From Glaucostegus cemiculus (taxonomy: Eukaryota), in contig CDPCPM010000054.1 of assembly GCA_976551045.1 (NCBI GenBank), forward strand, positions 11,780,001 through 11,844,000: 64,000 nucleotides of DNA. The letters run 5' to 3'. The position numbers and the translations under genes are program-made. The notes beneath the pieces were generated by a model that made no database searches, was not told the DNA's origin, and saw nothing but the letters and a program-made list of their open reading frames with translations. Position 1 is the first letter of the stretch; each line of letters begins with the position of its first letter. Positions 14,066 to 26,707 of this stretch are shown here, in pieces.

Positions 14066-15039
14066 CGATGCACTGACCCGGGAACTGTGTGGCTCCCATT
14101 GCCCATGGATGGAAGAGCTCACAAGCGCCTTTTCATCGTCATCTGACCATGAACTACTCTTGTCCAGAACAGCAATAGAAAAGGCTGCCTGCCCTGGAGA
14201 TGAGGGAGGCTGCAAAGGGTGGAGGTTACTGTGATCTCCGATGTGTCTAGACAGCCTCCAGAGACACGGTCTGCCCTGTGCTGCAAGGTGATGATCAGTG
14301 GGGCTGCTGATGGCAGCAAGCAGCCAGGATGTGATTTGCACAGAGGCTGCACCAGGGAGGAGAGCACCACTGATGCAGCTGCATTTGTCCTGACCAGTGA
14401 ACTCTGAGGCTGGGTGCAGGACAGCAGTGCTGCAGTGCAGACCTGACCATGGGTGTCTCATTGCAAAACCCAGCACAAGATTTCTGAGAGCTTTCAGCTG
14501 AAGCTGCAACTTACATCAGAAAGAGAGGAAACATGCAGAGTGTGACCTCTGATGTCATTAGGTATAGGACCGGCACGCTGAAGAGAAATGCCCTAAAAAG
14601 CTCTGAGTTTTCCAAAAGGTATGATTTTCCCCCAGAAATTATCACTTGCACAACTTACACTGGGTAAACTACTGTTAGACGAGATTTGTGCATGAACAGT
14701 GAATGCTAATGGATCCAGTCTGCAGTGTGTTACTGTCTGGTGTTATCGCTTCAGGGCTATTTGTCCTATCTATCCTTCCCCCAGCTTCTCTCCAACTGAA
14801 AGCTAACCTGTTTTCTATCCTTCCCTGTTCTAATGAAGTGTTCCTGACTGGAAATTTTAACCCTGTTTCTCTATCCTGCAGATGCTGCCTGATCTCCTGA
14901 GTATTTCCATCAATTTTTGTTTTTATTTTAGATTTCCAGCATCTGCAGCTTTTTGATTTTCATATTGAAAATATTTGTTTTATTTTATCCACGTCCCATT
15001 TAAATGAAATGCATAGTAAAATGACCTCAGATATAATTG

Positions 15040-16120
15040 GAATAGGTTTATTATTGTTACATGTACCGAGATACAATGAAAAACTTGGTTTTGCACGCCA
15101 TTCGTACAGATCATTTCAAAACATAAGTACGTTGAGGTAGTACAAGGGAAAAGCAATAACAGAATGCAGAATATAGTGTTACAGTTATAGAGAAAGTGCA
15201 GTGCAAGTAGACAGTAAGATGCAAGGGCCATGACGTACAAGATATCTTCATTAGTCACACGTACATCAAAACACAAAGTGAAATGCATCTTTTGCGTAGT
15301 GTTCTGGGGGCAGCCCGCAAGTGTCGCCACACTTCCGGCACCAACATAGCATGCCCACAACTTCCTATTCTGTACACCTTTGGAACGTGGGAGGAAACCG
15401 GAGCATCCAGAGGAAACCCACGCAGATACGGGGAGAACATACAAACTCCTTACAGATAGCAGCCAGAATTGAACTCGGGTCAGTGGTGCTGTAATAGTGT
15501 TACTCTAACTGCTACACTGTCCAAGAGTCTTATAACAGCAGGGTAAAAGTTGTCCTTGAGCTGGGTGGTGCATGTTTTCAAGCTTTTGTATCTTCTGCCT
15601 GATGGAAGGGGGTGGGGTTTTTGATTATGCTGGCTGCTTTTCTGAGACAGCAAGAAGTGTAGACAGAGTCCATGGAGGGGAGGCCGGTTTTCGTGACAGA
15701 CTGAGCTGTGTCCACAACTCTTTGCAGTTTCTTGTGGTCTTGGGCAGAGCAGTTGCTAAACCAAGCTGTGAGGCATCCAGATAGGATACTTTCAATGGTG
15801 CAGCTATATTAAAAAAACTGGTGAGTGACAAAGGGAACATGCTGAATGTCCTTAGCCTTCTGAGGAAGTAGAGGTTCTGGTGGCTGTGGTGTCTACGTGG
15901 TTGGACCAGGACAGGCTATTGGTGATGTTTACACCTAGGAACTTCACAACCATCTTCACCTCAGCACCATTGATACATACAGGGGCCCCACTTCCTGAGT
16001 CAATGACCAGCTCTTTTGTTTTGCTGACATTGAAGGAAAGGTTGTTGTCCTGACACCATGTCACTATCTCTGTCTCCTTCCTGTACTCCATCTCTTAGTT
16101 ATTTGAGATCTGGCCCACTA
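15040..16120 (-). mobile_element. Rex1/Babar-like LINE fragment with a nested V-SINE (about 15240-15519)
   Basis: Minus ORF EYRKETE..WCQDNNLSFNVSKTKELVID..KFLGVNITNSLSWSNH; the SINE interrupts the 3' region. Confidence 0.8.
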
Positions 16121-16281
16121 CGTGTCTTCTGTGGACTTGTATAATCAAAACATTGAGCAGTTTCAGACTGAATCAGAGTGAAGGCACTGTCTGTGAGAGG
16201 TGCTGTGTGTATTTTTCATCCTGTTGAATTGATTGGACACTGCATCTATTTTAATGCTTGTTTCCTCTTCATTCTGCACAG

Positions 16282-18775
16282 AAGCCTCCTGCCAAGCTCG
16301 TGGAGGATGGCACTGCATTGAAGAAGGTCAAGAGCAGAAGAAGCTCTGACTCCCTGAACTCCGAACATCAGATGTCCGAGCAGGAGGAGAGAATGGAGGT
16401 CAACAACCACATCAGTGGTCCCAAGACCGTGAGCGCAGCCGTGCCAAAGGCCGTGACCTCGGAGTCTGCCGCTCTGGACAGTGAACTGGTTCGCCACGAT
16501 GACGGAGGCCACAATGGCATCCAGAGCAGGCACGAATCATTGGACAGCGACGTCGCAAAGGAAATCAGGTACCTCGATGAGGTCCTGGAAGCGAACTGCT
16601 GCGACCCCGTTCTGGAGAACGGATCGAATGCACCGCCTTCGCCCGAGCCAAGCCCGGTCCTGGTGGAGGGCCGAGTCCCTCCCATTTCTGTAGCGCCAGA
16701 CCCTACGGCCACACCCCTCAACTGCGTGGCAAGTGTCGGCAGGAAGGAGCCACCTCTCGTTGAGCAGCAGACACCGGACGAGGGCGAGGTTAAGGTGAAT
16801 GGTTTCTCGCCAAGCCGCACCGGAGCGTCACCCATTGCCGATCAGAGCAGAGAGCGGCTGGAAAGTTCCAGAAGGTCCTCCAGGGACGGCGAGCCGGTCC
16901 TCGTTCCCCTGAAGAAGGAGGCCAGGTTTGAGCTGCGAGCTTACCACGAGGACAAAAAGCCCTCCAAGCTCTTCGCTGAGGACGAGAGAAAGGAAACCTA
17001 TAAGATTAGGAAGAGCAGAGCCTCGGATGAGATTGCAGAGCTGGAACGAGCCCGGCTGGAAGTCATCAGGAGCCAGGTGGTGAGGAAGAACCCCAGCATC
17101 GCGGAGAAGTGGAAGCCGCCCCAGGAGAAGTCTATCGAGGAGCAGCTGGACCCCGATAAGTTGGAATCCCACAAAAAGTACGCCGAACGCAAGCAGAGGA
17201 AGCAAGGTGGGCAGCTGTCGCCGGTTTCCCCGAAGCAGAAAGCCCCCGTGTTTGTGCCGCCAGAGCCCATCAGCGTCAACAGGGAAGATGTCGTCACAGA
17301 GCAGATAGATTTCTCCGCCGCGAGGAGGCAGTTCCAGAAGATGGAGAGCGAGCCTGAGCCCACCTCACAGCACAGCCTGAGGCGGCCTGGGACCACCAGA
17401 GGGGTCCCCGCACGACCGTCCCTCCTGAAGTTGGCCGAGGCACCCAGAAAGGAAAGGCCGGCGGTTCCGAGCGGAGTGACGGGGACGAGTGGGGCTCAGG
17501 GGCAAGCGGTGCAGGTGTGTGCCAGTGAAGTGGCCCTCGTCAGGGCCTCCAAAGTAAGCGTGGTGCCCGACGACGGCGCTGGCCGGGAGGTGCCCTCGCC
17601 TCCCCGTGAGAGGCAGCAGAAGGGGGCGTCGTGCACAGAGCCAGCTCTGCACACCCCTGCTGACCAGCTGACCAACAGCGGCCTGAAGGACGAGGTGGTT
17701 GGTAAGGTCCACGTGGACGACGAAGGGTTTACCAGGGTCAGGGCTGTTTTGACGGTGCTGAACGAGGATGGTGACAGTGACACCTCCGACCATTGTTTCA
17801 AGTGCCCCAGTCTCCCCCTCACGGCAGAGGAGGTGGATTCCGGTTTGGACGACTTATCCCTTCGATCCCAGGACACCACAGTGATGGAAACCCTGTCCAA
17901 CGACTTCAGTATTGACAACGTGAGTGACAGCGGCGCTTCAAACGAGACGACAAACGTGTCCCTGGACTACTCCCTGGGTGGGTCTCAGGAGTTCTCCCAG
18001 CCGCAGACGCCCCAGGCCCTGACTCCTGTCGACAGGGAGAGAGAGGAGAGCCCTTACAAGAGAGATGGTGGCCTGGGCTCCCTCAGCGACGATGAATCGT
18101 ACAAGCAACGGTCTCCGCTGCTGTTGGACCCGGAGAAGCAGCTGCATTACCAGGCCGAGCTGGTGGTGCAGAACGCCATACAACTCGCCCTGGCACAGGA
18201 GACCCACAGTGCCACTGGGGCGGGTGAAGGTCGAAGTGAGCCTCAGAGGGATTTGGGGAGTGAGCCAGCTGACATTGCTCAGCCTACACCGCAGGCTGAG
18301 CCACCACTTCTGCCTCCGGTGCAAGACCAGAGATCCAGTGTACCCCAGGGGCCGGCAGAGGTGGAGCCAGACCGCCACAAGGATGACTGCCTCCTGTTGC
18401 CTGTAGCGACAACCAAACAGAGCGGCACCGTGGGGGTTGCCAGCAGCAGCGGCTCACAGCCCTCCTTGTACAGGCCGGAATTCAGCCCCTTCAGCGACGT
18501 TGCCAGCTACCTGGAGCCCACGGACTATTCCAGAACCAATGTCTTTGTCAGCCACTCGCAGGAGCCGGAGGTCATCGCCCAGTCCGGGCCCTTTAAGCTG
18601 CGCTCCCGCAGGCAGAAGACCCTGTCAATGATCGAGCAGGAGATCAGAGCGGCCCAGGACCGAGAGGAAGAGCTTCGGCGACAGAGGGAGGTCCTGAAGA
18701 CGGTGCAGAGCCCCGGCAGGAGCTCTCGGCCCCAGCCGCCACTACCGGCATGTCCCTCCAGGGCAACAGCCCCCG
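16282..18775 (+). CDS. PALM2AKAP2: Large coding exon of PALM2AKAP2 / A-kinase anchor protein 2 (or an AKAP2-like paralog)
   Basis: Acceptor ttcctcttcattctgcacag|AAG (phase 0, KPP start as in human AKAP2) and donor CCC G|gtaag (phase 1). Diagnostic motifs HESLDSDVAKEIRYLDEVLEANCCD, KKEARFELRAYHEDKKPSKLF, EQIDFSAARRQFQ, DSGLDDLSLRSQDTTVMETLSNDFS, PKA-RII helix LHYQAELVVQNAIQLALA, GPFKLRSRRQKTLSMIEQEIRAAQDREEEL. Confidence 0.95.
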
Positions 18776-21107
18776 GTAAGGCCCCTGCAACCCTGGACCC
18801 TCCCCATCAGGTGAACCAGGCCCATGGGTTTGGAATGTGTGAGCCAAGCCACGGGGACTCAGTGTTGGGAACTTGTTTCAGCTCAGTCGGTGAGCAGCGG
18901 GGCCATTTGGAGTGGTCGACCTAGAAGGGAGATGTGTTTTGTGGCTTCTTTCTGTGCAGGAGAGTCACAGTACAGCAGCAGACCATTCAGCCCAAATGGA
19001 CTATGTCAGTCTTTAATAAACCTCCTCCCCTCACCTTCTCCCATCTGCAGATCCTTCTGTTCCCTTCTCCTGCATTTATCTAGCTTCACTTCAGCTGTAT
19101 ATCTGCCACTGCACATGGGAGTGAGGCTCCATCCTCCCTCCAATCCACGTCCAGAGAATGGTCTCCTAAATTCCTCAGTGGACGCATTAGCGACCATCTG
19201 ATAATGTGGCCTCTAGTCTTGGTCTTCCCCAGCTGGCCCACATCCGTGCTGTCCATCTTAATCATTAGTTCATTCCCTCAGCCTGGCCCTTTCCGGAGAA
19301 GATTGACAAAATATGTTGACCAAGATCGCAGGGCTGGGCACCGGCCAGAGTCCACTGCTGTAACCGTGGACCATCCAGCCTGAACCCCAGCCCTTCCCTC
19401 AGGGTCCCCAGTGAGATGGGGTCAGTGCCCCAGACTCATAAACTGAGCTGGAGGTCTGGAGAGGAGGGGAAGTGTCTCAGCACCTGGACACCTCAACATG
19501 TTTGGGTACAGGTACCTGATCCGACTAAAAGTATTTGCAGGAGGGTCAGATGGGTAATAGAGATGGTGGAACTGACAGGGCGACAGACAAAAAGGACTGG
19601 GGGACTAGGCACCACTGAACCAGCATAGGCTTGCTGGGTTGAATGGCCTCTTTCTACACTAAGGGTTTCACCAGAGGGCATCAGAGTTCAGCAGCTTTGA
19701 GATTCTCTCACCTCAGAAATGAGGGGAAGGGATTTCCCAGCTCCCACTTACCTTTGTGTGAAGGAGAGTCTCCTGGGTTTTAAGTTGAAGGTTCTGCCTC
19801 CTTGCTCTTGACTTTGGTTCCTGCATCCCAGATATCACATCAATTAGATCACCCCAAAATAGGGTGTGCAAATTTTGTCCCTGTAGTTTAACCCCTCTGG
19901 CCTGAATGCTGTTCTAGTGCGATTGTGCTTCAGCCTCTCTAAGACCAGAAAAGGCAGCCACGGTCACTCTGGATACAACTTCCAACTTGGCTGCAGTTTT
20001 GTTTTGAACAGTGTGTGGCTGCCTTCCCGTTGGCTGGCTCACTCTTTGTCAGACAGAGCCTGGGTGTTAGCTGTGACATTATCCTTCTGCTTCTTGGCAA
20101 CTGCACAGCCCTGTTCCTGGGGATGTTGAATGCTGTGCCAGCATGAGGTCACCAGGAGCAAGTGTCCTTTCTCTGTTAAAATGTCAACGGTCCTCTTCCC
20201 CCACCGCTCCCCCCCCCCACACAGCCCCACACAGGAAATGAAATATCAGGAGGTCACAAGCTTGTGGAATGAGATCCTCCCTTCAATTTTGTTAGGACGA
20301 GAACTCAAGGGCAGAGAAAAGTGAGAAAAGAAATGTTCTCGGACTGCACAATATAGCAGAGCTCAGCTTGGGCTGTGTGGACTTCCATTTGATCAAGTAA
20401 AGCGATGGTCTTGCAGGGGGTTTCTGTTGTAAATTGAGTTGAAAGTGTCAGCCTTATGTTGCACCTCAAGTGGTATGCTGTCAATTGTGGCTTGGTTTTG
20501 GTGCTCCTGCCTCTGAGTCAGAATCTTGAGCATCAAGCCCAGGCTGTCACTTCAGGGCAATACTGAGGGAGCACTGCATAGTTGCAAGTGTTGTCTTTTA
20601 AATGAGGCTTTAACCCCCTTGGGTAGGTGATGCCACACATTTTCAAAGAATAGAGATAGTGCTTCCCATTATCCTGAGACCAACCCCTGAGCAAACATCA
20701 CTAATCATTGATAACTTCCTGTTCTATCACTCTGTTCTTTATGGGAGCTTGCTGTGTGCTTTTGGCCGATGTGATTTGGTGTGAAGCACTTTTGGACTTG
20801 CTGCGGTTGGGAAGTGCTCCATATAATTCCAAGCTCTCTCCCTTTTTTTTTTACATGAGGACTTAGCTCAATGCAGCTGGGAGGAACATGGACCTTTTAA
20901 CCTAACCAATTCAAGAGATTACTAGGTAACCATATGGAAGAATTTAAAATAGAGGGATATGTGGGAGGAAGGGGTTAGATAGTTTTAGGCAAGGTTTAAA
21001 GGTCGGCACAACATTGGGCCAAAGGGCCAATATTGTGCTATAATGTTCAATGTTCTATGTAACCCCCTCACACAGGAAGTTAGAAGCATCAGGGTTTAAT
21101 TCTGCTT

Positions 21108-21221
21108 GGAGACACAAGAGACTGCAGATGCTGGAATCTGGAGCAACAAACGATCTGCTGGAGGAACTCAGTGGGTGCTGCTTGACTCACTGAGTTCTTC
21201 CAGCAGATTATTTGTTGCTCT
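21108..21221. repeat. Short palindromic Penelope-associated/MITE-like element
   Basis: gagcaacaaacgatctgctggaggaactcagt ... actgagttcttccagcagattatttgttgctc forms a hairpin; same family as 32881-33086 and 48618-48802. Confidence 0.65.
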
Positions 21222-22142
21222 TAATTGTACAGTCCTGCCAGATTTCAGACTTCACCTGCTGGGAGTCCCCTCATTCACAGAGGTGGCGGACTTGATTACA
21301 AACTCGGGCCTGAATCCATGACCTTCTGAGTTGGAGGCGAGAGTTCTACTGATGGAGCCAGGCCTGACACCTGCCTAACATGGCGCTACATCCTTTCCTG
21401 AAATGAATATCGCATGCCAAATGATTTTGTCTACATGGTGCACTCAAGTGAGTGTGTAAATGTGCTGTCAAAATCGCTCCTTTTTACTTAACAGTGCTGA
21501 CCTTCATGAACCTGTTGTGGATTGTGCAGCCAATTCCCATGTTGCATTGTATTGTGATCAACTGTGGCATCATGATCTATTTAAGACAAAAAATGCAAAG
21601 AAAAATTCCAAACATCATTAGGTGAAAAAATGAAATCTTAGTACCACATCAAAAATTTCTTCACCTCAAATGGTGAGATGCTCACATTCAGTAGCACTGT
21701 GATGTATGTTGCACTGTTAACACTGGGAAGAAAGATGGAGGATGTAGATTCTGGCATTCTCCAGCCCTCCGTGGGGTTAATCTTGACTTTTTACTGCCAT
21801 CTGGTGACAGGAGTGAAAAGTTACTGATTGTAAGTAAATTCAAGCCCTGAAACACTGACAATACCAAAGTCCCAACCAATCAGCCTCCAACTTTTCCTAC
21901 TCCAAACTGAAATACTAAATAATATGGCACACAAACAGGCCCTAAAACCCATTGATTCTGTGCTGATAATCAACCATTCATTTACACTAGTGCTATCCTT
22001 TCATCCTACATTATTGCACACTGAATTCTATATATTCAGTGTGCAATAATGTTATTGCTTATAAACAACAATTATACAGAGTAGTAAAATTCCCCAAGAT
22101 TTTTCATAGCAGACAAAATTTGACCCTGAGCTACAAAACGAG

Positions 22143-22445
22143 ATAGACAATAGACAATAGGAGCAGAAGTAGACCATTCGGCCCTTCGAGTCTGCTCTGC
22201 CATTTTGAGATCGTGGCTGATCCTCAACACTCAATATCCCGTTCCTGCCTTGTCCCCATATCCCTTGATTCCCCTATCTATTAGAAACCTATCTAGCTCC
22301 TTCTTGAAAGTGCCCAGAGAATTGGCCTCCACTGCCCTCTGAGGCAGTGCGTTCCACAAACTCACAACCCTCTGGGAGAAGAAGTTTTTCCTCACCTCTG
22401 TCCTAAATGGCCTACCCCTTATTCTTAAATCATGCCCTCTGGTCT
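22143..22445 (-). mobile_element. CR1 3' end
   Basis: CR1 3' region with short tandem tail (tagacaa)x2. Confidence 0.7.
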
Positions 22446-23086
22446 TTTAAGTGCAGGTCAAAGAGGTGGTTGTAATGAAGGATCTTAAAGGAGGAAGGAG
22501 AGGCTTAGAGTTTATGGAGGGAACTTCAGAAGCTGGGGCCTTTGCAGCTGAAGGACAGTTCCCTATGATGGAGAGAGTAAACTCTGGGAAAGGGCAAGAG
22601 TCCAGAATTGGAGGAACACAAGTATCTCGTAGGGATATTGGACAGGACAAGTGTATAGAGATGGTGGAAGTTGAGGCCATGGGGTGGAAGAAATATACTG
22701 AAGTCACTCTCACATATCACTAAATGGAAATACCTATGAGGTTGGATGGCATCTGTGAAGAGAGAAACCGGGTTAGTGTATCAGGTCAATGAGCATTCAT
22801 CAGAACTCTACATGGAAGCTTGGAATTGCCAAGTAAATTTTTGACAATTAATCGTTCTTTCTGAAATGGCCAGATCCTTGGAGTTGAATATAAACATAAA
22901 TGTTAAGAGAGAGATCCAAAAATGCTTAATTACTTTGTCAGCCCTGAGTCTAGAATTAAAAATAGAAAATGCTGGAAACACTCAGCAAATCTAACAACAT
23001 CTGTGAAAAGAGAAACAATGTTAGAGAGAACTGGGAAAGAGAAAACAAATTAGTTTTCAGTAGCAGAGAAGATGGGAGAGGGATGG

Positions 23087-23688
23087 TGTAGTGTGGAGGG
23101 TCGTGGCTGTCATGTGGCAACACTGCCCCTACCTGGTCAGATGACAGCACTGCCCCCTACCTGGTCAGAAGACACATCACTGTCAATCAAGGTTTGGCTC
23201 CACCCCACCCATCAGTGTACACCTGACCATTGGACCTTTTAAGAACCTTTGTACATGGCCTCGGGCCGTTGGCCTCTTTGAGTTACCTGGGCTGGACCCC
23301 CCAGCCTTTCAGTACTATAAAGATTGCCACATGTGCATGGCTAGGTCTCTTTTGTCTCCGAGGGATGCTTTGTTGGTAAGCTGTGCACTGTTTAAGAGAA
23401 ATTAGTTAGTATCTCTGGTAGCATAGAGCCATGCCTGCACTGGGTCAAGGGATGGCAGGTATCATATTGTTTTTCCTCAATTGTACGTTTCCAGTTCATT
23501 GTGTGTGTGTATTTTACCCCTGTTGTGACTCTCCCATGCTTACTATCAACTGTGTGTGTGTGCGTGCGTGCGTGTGTGTGTTATTGCCATTGCCTTTTCT
23601 CCGTGTTTGTCTTTGTAAATAAATCATTTATCTCTAAGATTGTGTTCAGAGTCCTTGCCCTTCGAGACCTCGAACCTGTTTCACAACA
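23087..23688 (+). mobile_element. Solo LTR (602 bp)
   Basis: TGTAGTG...CACAACA termini, flanking 5-bp target-site duplication GATGG (23082-23086 and 23689-23693), U3 direct repeats (cactgcccctacctggtcaga x2), TATAAAA near 23316, AATAAA near 23618. Confidence 0.85.
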
Positions 23689-23706
23689 GATGGGTAGAAC
23701 GTAGGG

Positions 23707-25215
23707 TAAAGTTGGGCCCAAAGTTAAATTTCTCTAAGGTTTTAAATAGGTAATTCCATTCAATACGATCAAAAGCCTTCTCAGCATCTAGAGATGTCAC
23801 ACATTCCAATATTTCCTTAGAGGGAGAATAGATAATATTCAGTAAATGATGAATATTAAAATGAGAATATTGATTTTTAATAAAACCAGTCTGATCATCA
23901 GATATAATTGAAGGTAAAATATTTTCCAATCTACAAGCTAGAACTTTAGATAAAATTTTAACATCCACATTAAGTAGTGAAATTGATCTGTACGAAGCAC
24001 ATTCTATTGGGTTCTTATTTTTCTTGAGAATAAGTGAAATAGAGGCTTCATAAAAAGATTGTGGTAATCTACCCCATTTAAAAAAATCCAAAAAGACAGC
24101 ACATAAATGAGGTATAAGCAAAAAGGAAAAGTCCTTACAGGATTCTCCAGGAAATCCATCAGGACCTGGAGTCTTTCCAGAATGTAAAGATCACACAACC
24201 TTGGCAATTTCCTCGTATCTAATAGATTGATCCAACTGTTTTTGATTTTCAGTGGAAGGTATAGGAACATTTAATTCGTCAAAGAAATTGTCCATTACTA
24301 TATTATCTTTAGGAAAATTAGAACTATAAAGATTAGAATAGAATTCTCCTAAAGTATCATTTATTTCTAAAAGATCAGTTGTCCTCTCACCATGGGCTTT
24401 CGATATTTCTTTAATTTGCCGTCTAGCTCTGGAGATTTTTAATTGGTTAGCCAGTAATTTACCTGTTTTATCTCCATGGATATAAAATTGACTTTTATCT
24501 TTTAAAAGTTGACTTTCAGTTGGATATGTTAAAAGAAGATCATATTTGGTTTTAATTTCAACTGGCCTTTTATATAAATCCGGATCTGGATCCAAAGCAT
24601 ATTTTTGCTCTAATAGTTTCAGTTGATCAACTAGATCAATTCTTTCTCTGTCAGCTTTTTTCCTAATGCTTGCCGTATAAGAAATAATTTGACCTCTAAT
24701 AAAGGCTTTGAAAGTATCCCAAACGATGAGACTAGAAATCTCTTCTGACAAATTCTCTTTTTAAAAAAGAAGAGTAATTTGTTTCTCCATAAATTTGAAA
24801 AAAATTTTATTAGATAACAAGATTAGGTTAAAATGCTAAAATCTCATTGTCTGAGGGAGCCCAGGGAAATTTAAAGATACAAACACAGGACCATGATCTG
24901 AAGGAGCAATCTCTTTATAGTCACAGGATCGAACTGATGAAATCAATTGATTATCAATAAAAAAAAGTAATCAATCCTGGAATATATATGGTGAACATGA
25001 GAGAAAAAGGAATATTCCTTATCCTCTGGATGCGAAAAATGCCAGGCATCAATGACCCCAGTTTTCATTAAAAATGATTAAAGGAATAAAGCTGAGTTAT
25101 TAGGAAGAGTTAATTTAAATATGATCTATCTACTTTGGGATCTAACCAAAGACTGAAATCTCCTCCCAACACCAAAGAGTAAAAGTTCAAATCTGGTAGG
25201 AATGATAAAAATCAT
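23707..25215 (-). mobile_element. Internal fragment of an L1-clade ORF2 (endonuclease end, linker, RT N-terminus), degenerate
   Basis: Minus-strand ORFs: IVWDTFKAFIRGQIISY..GDKTGKLLANQLK and EASISLILKKNKNPIECASYRSISLLNVDVKILSKVLA..IISDDQTGFI..SLDAEKAFDRIEW; AT-rich; stops and frameshifts. Confidence 0.9.
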
Positions 25216-25479
25216 CTTTAAGATTGTGTTCAGTGTCCTTGCCCTTCGAGACCTCGAACCTGTTTCACAGATGGGTAGAATGTAGGGAATACCTCAGCTA
25301 GGGTGAAACCAAATGTGTTAACGTAGCAGTTAGAAGATCAGTTAGAATCAACTTACACGTCTGTCTATGGAATGTGTTGCTAGTACCAGGGATGTGGAAC
25401 ATGCCCAGCAAGTCAGAAGTAGAAAAAGAAGAAGAATGACAGGCAGTAGTAGCCAGACTGAAAGAAAGCATGTGTTACC

Positions 25480-25945
25480 TGAAGTTAGAGAATCCGATAT
25501 TAAGTCTGGAAACTGCAACGTGTCCAGGTGGAAGATGAGGTTTTGTTCCTCAAGCTTGTGTTGGGTCTCATTGTAACAGTACAGGAGGCCACAGCCCGAC
25601 AGGTCAGAGTGGCCATGGGATGTTGAATAAAAGTTGCAGGCAACTGAACACAGCTGCTCCCCAAAGTAGTCACCCATGTGGTTTCTCCAATGTGGAGAAA
25701 GAGGCCACATTGTGAACACCAAATGCAGTGCACTGAACTGGAAGACGTGTAAGGGAATCGCTGCTTCACCTGCAATGCCTGTTTGGGTCGCTGGATGATG
25801 GAAGGGAAGAGGTGAAAAAATAGGTGTTGCTTCTCCTGTTGTGGGAAAGTGCCATAAGCTGGGGAGTGATTGGTGGAGATGGTAGTCAGATCAGAGCATT
25901 GCGAAAGGTGCAATCCCTTCAGAATGCTGAAAGGGAGGGAACTGG
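25480..25945 (-). mobile_element. Penelope-like element remnant (GIY-YIG endonuclease region)
   Basis: LQVKQRFPYTSSSSVHCIWCSQCGLFLHIGET then HSDLS..GLLYCYNETQHKLEEQNLIFHLDTLQ, typical of vertebrate Penelope C-termini. Confidence 0.8.
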
Positions 25946-26707
25946 AATATGTGTGTTGTTGGTTTTCTGGCCCTAGACTTGGCTTTCAATTTTGATGAGA
26001 TTCTGATAAAGACAATGCCTCCTACAAAGCATTCTGCCATGAAGGAGAATGTAAATATGCTTTCCTTAGTTTAGTTAGCCTTAACATCAGACAAGAAAAG
26101 GCCATTAACATATTGAAAAGTATGCAGTAGATTGGATTTAGTCAGTAGCCTTCACTATGAAGAAGAGTACCAGCCAAAGTGTGGACTCAGCACAGTCCAT
26201 TCCACTCCTGGAATTAAAGATTAACTCAGGACACAACTGTGATTGACACTAAGGAAGAAAAATTAGAAGGGCATCTTTCTTAAATTTTTATTTTCTTTGA
26301 ACATTTTTATTGAATTATCTAGGATAAAGAGGCAGGCAAAGACTGATTAATTGACAGTAAGGAATCCATTGAAAAGGAAGGCTTGCTTTTCTGTAGCTCC
26401 TTTCACACCTTAGGATATCATAACACATCTTACAGTCAATGAAGTGTTATCACTAGAGTAAATGTCTACAAACATTCATGGGTCACCAAGTAACCAATTA
26501 CTTCTTTTAGAGTTTATGATCAAGAAATAAGTATTAGCCAGATGCAGAACTCCCCTGCTCTCCTTTGAAGCGATGGCATGGAATCTAACAGAGAGCGACG
26601 TGGTCTTCTTCAGTATCTCATCTGAAAGAGGAGTGGAACAGGCTGGTCTGAAGCAATATAAATGCCGGGTGGACCAGACAATCTGGTGTTGTGTTATGCC
26701 TATTATA

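Noticed and set aside
14533-14567. ATGCAGAGT..ATTAG|gtatag as an AKAP2 first coding exon
   Set aside because: It would be phase 2, incompatible with the phase-0 acceptor at 16282; no upstream PALM2/AKAP2 exon could be identified in 1-16281
16246-18847. Many overlapping antisense and alternate-frame ORFs over the AKAP2 exon (likewise over SLC46A2 exon 1)
   Set aside because: Expected shadows of GC-rich coding sequence; no recognisable protein motifs
16258-18924. 888-aa ORF as a complete single-exon gene
   Set aside because: Homology starts at the acceptor at 16282 and ends at the donor at 18775; the flanking residues are intron read-through and the C-terminus lies in downstream exons
19295-19320. 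gagaagattgacaaa (EKIDK), resembling the start of the next AKAP2 exon
   Set aside because: Wrong phase for the upstream donor and an immediate stop; the true exon is at 29134
21688-21879. Minus-strand exon-like segment (gtttcag|GGCTTG..) as a partner for the antisense first exon
   Set aside because: No recognisable protein similarity and early stops in two frames; cannot be supported without transcripts
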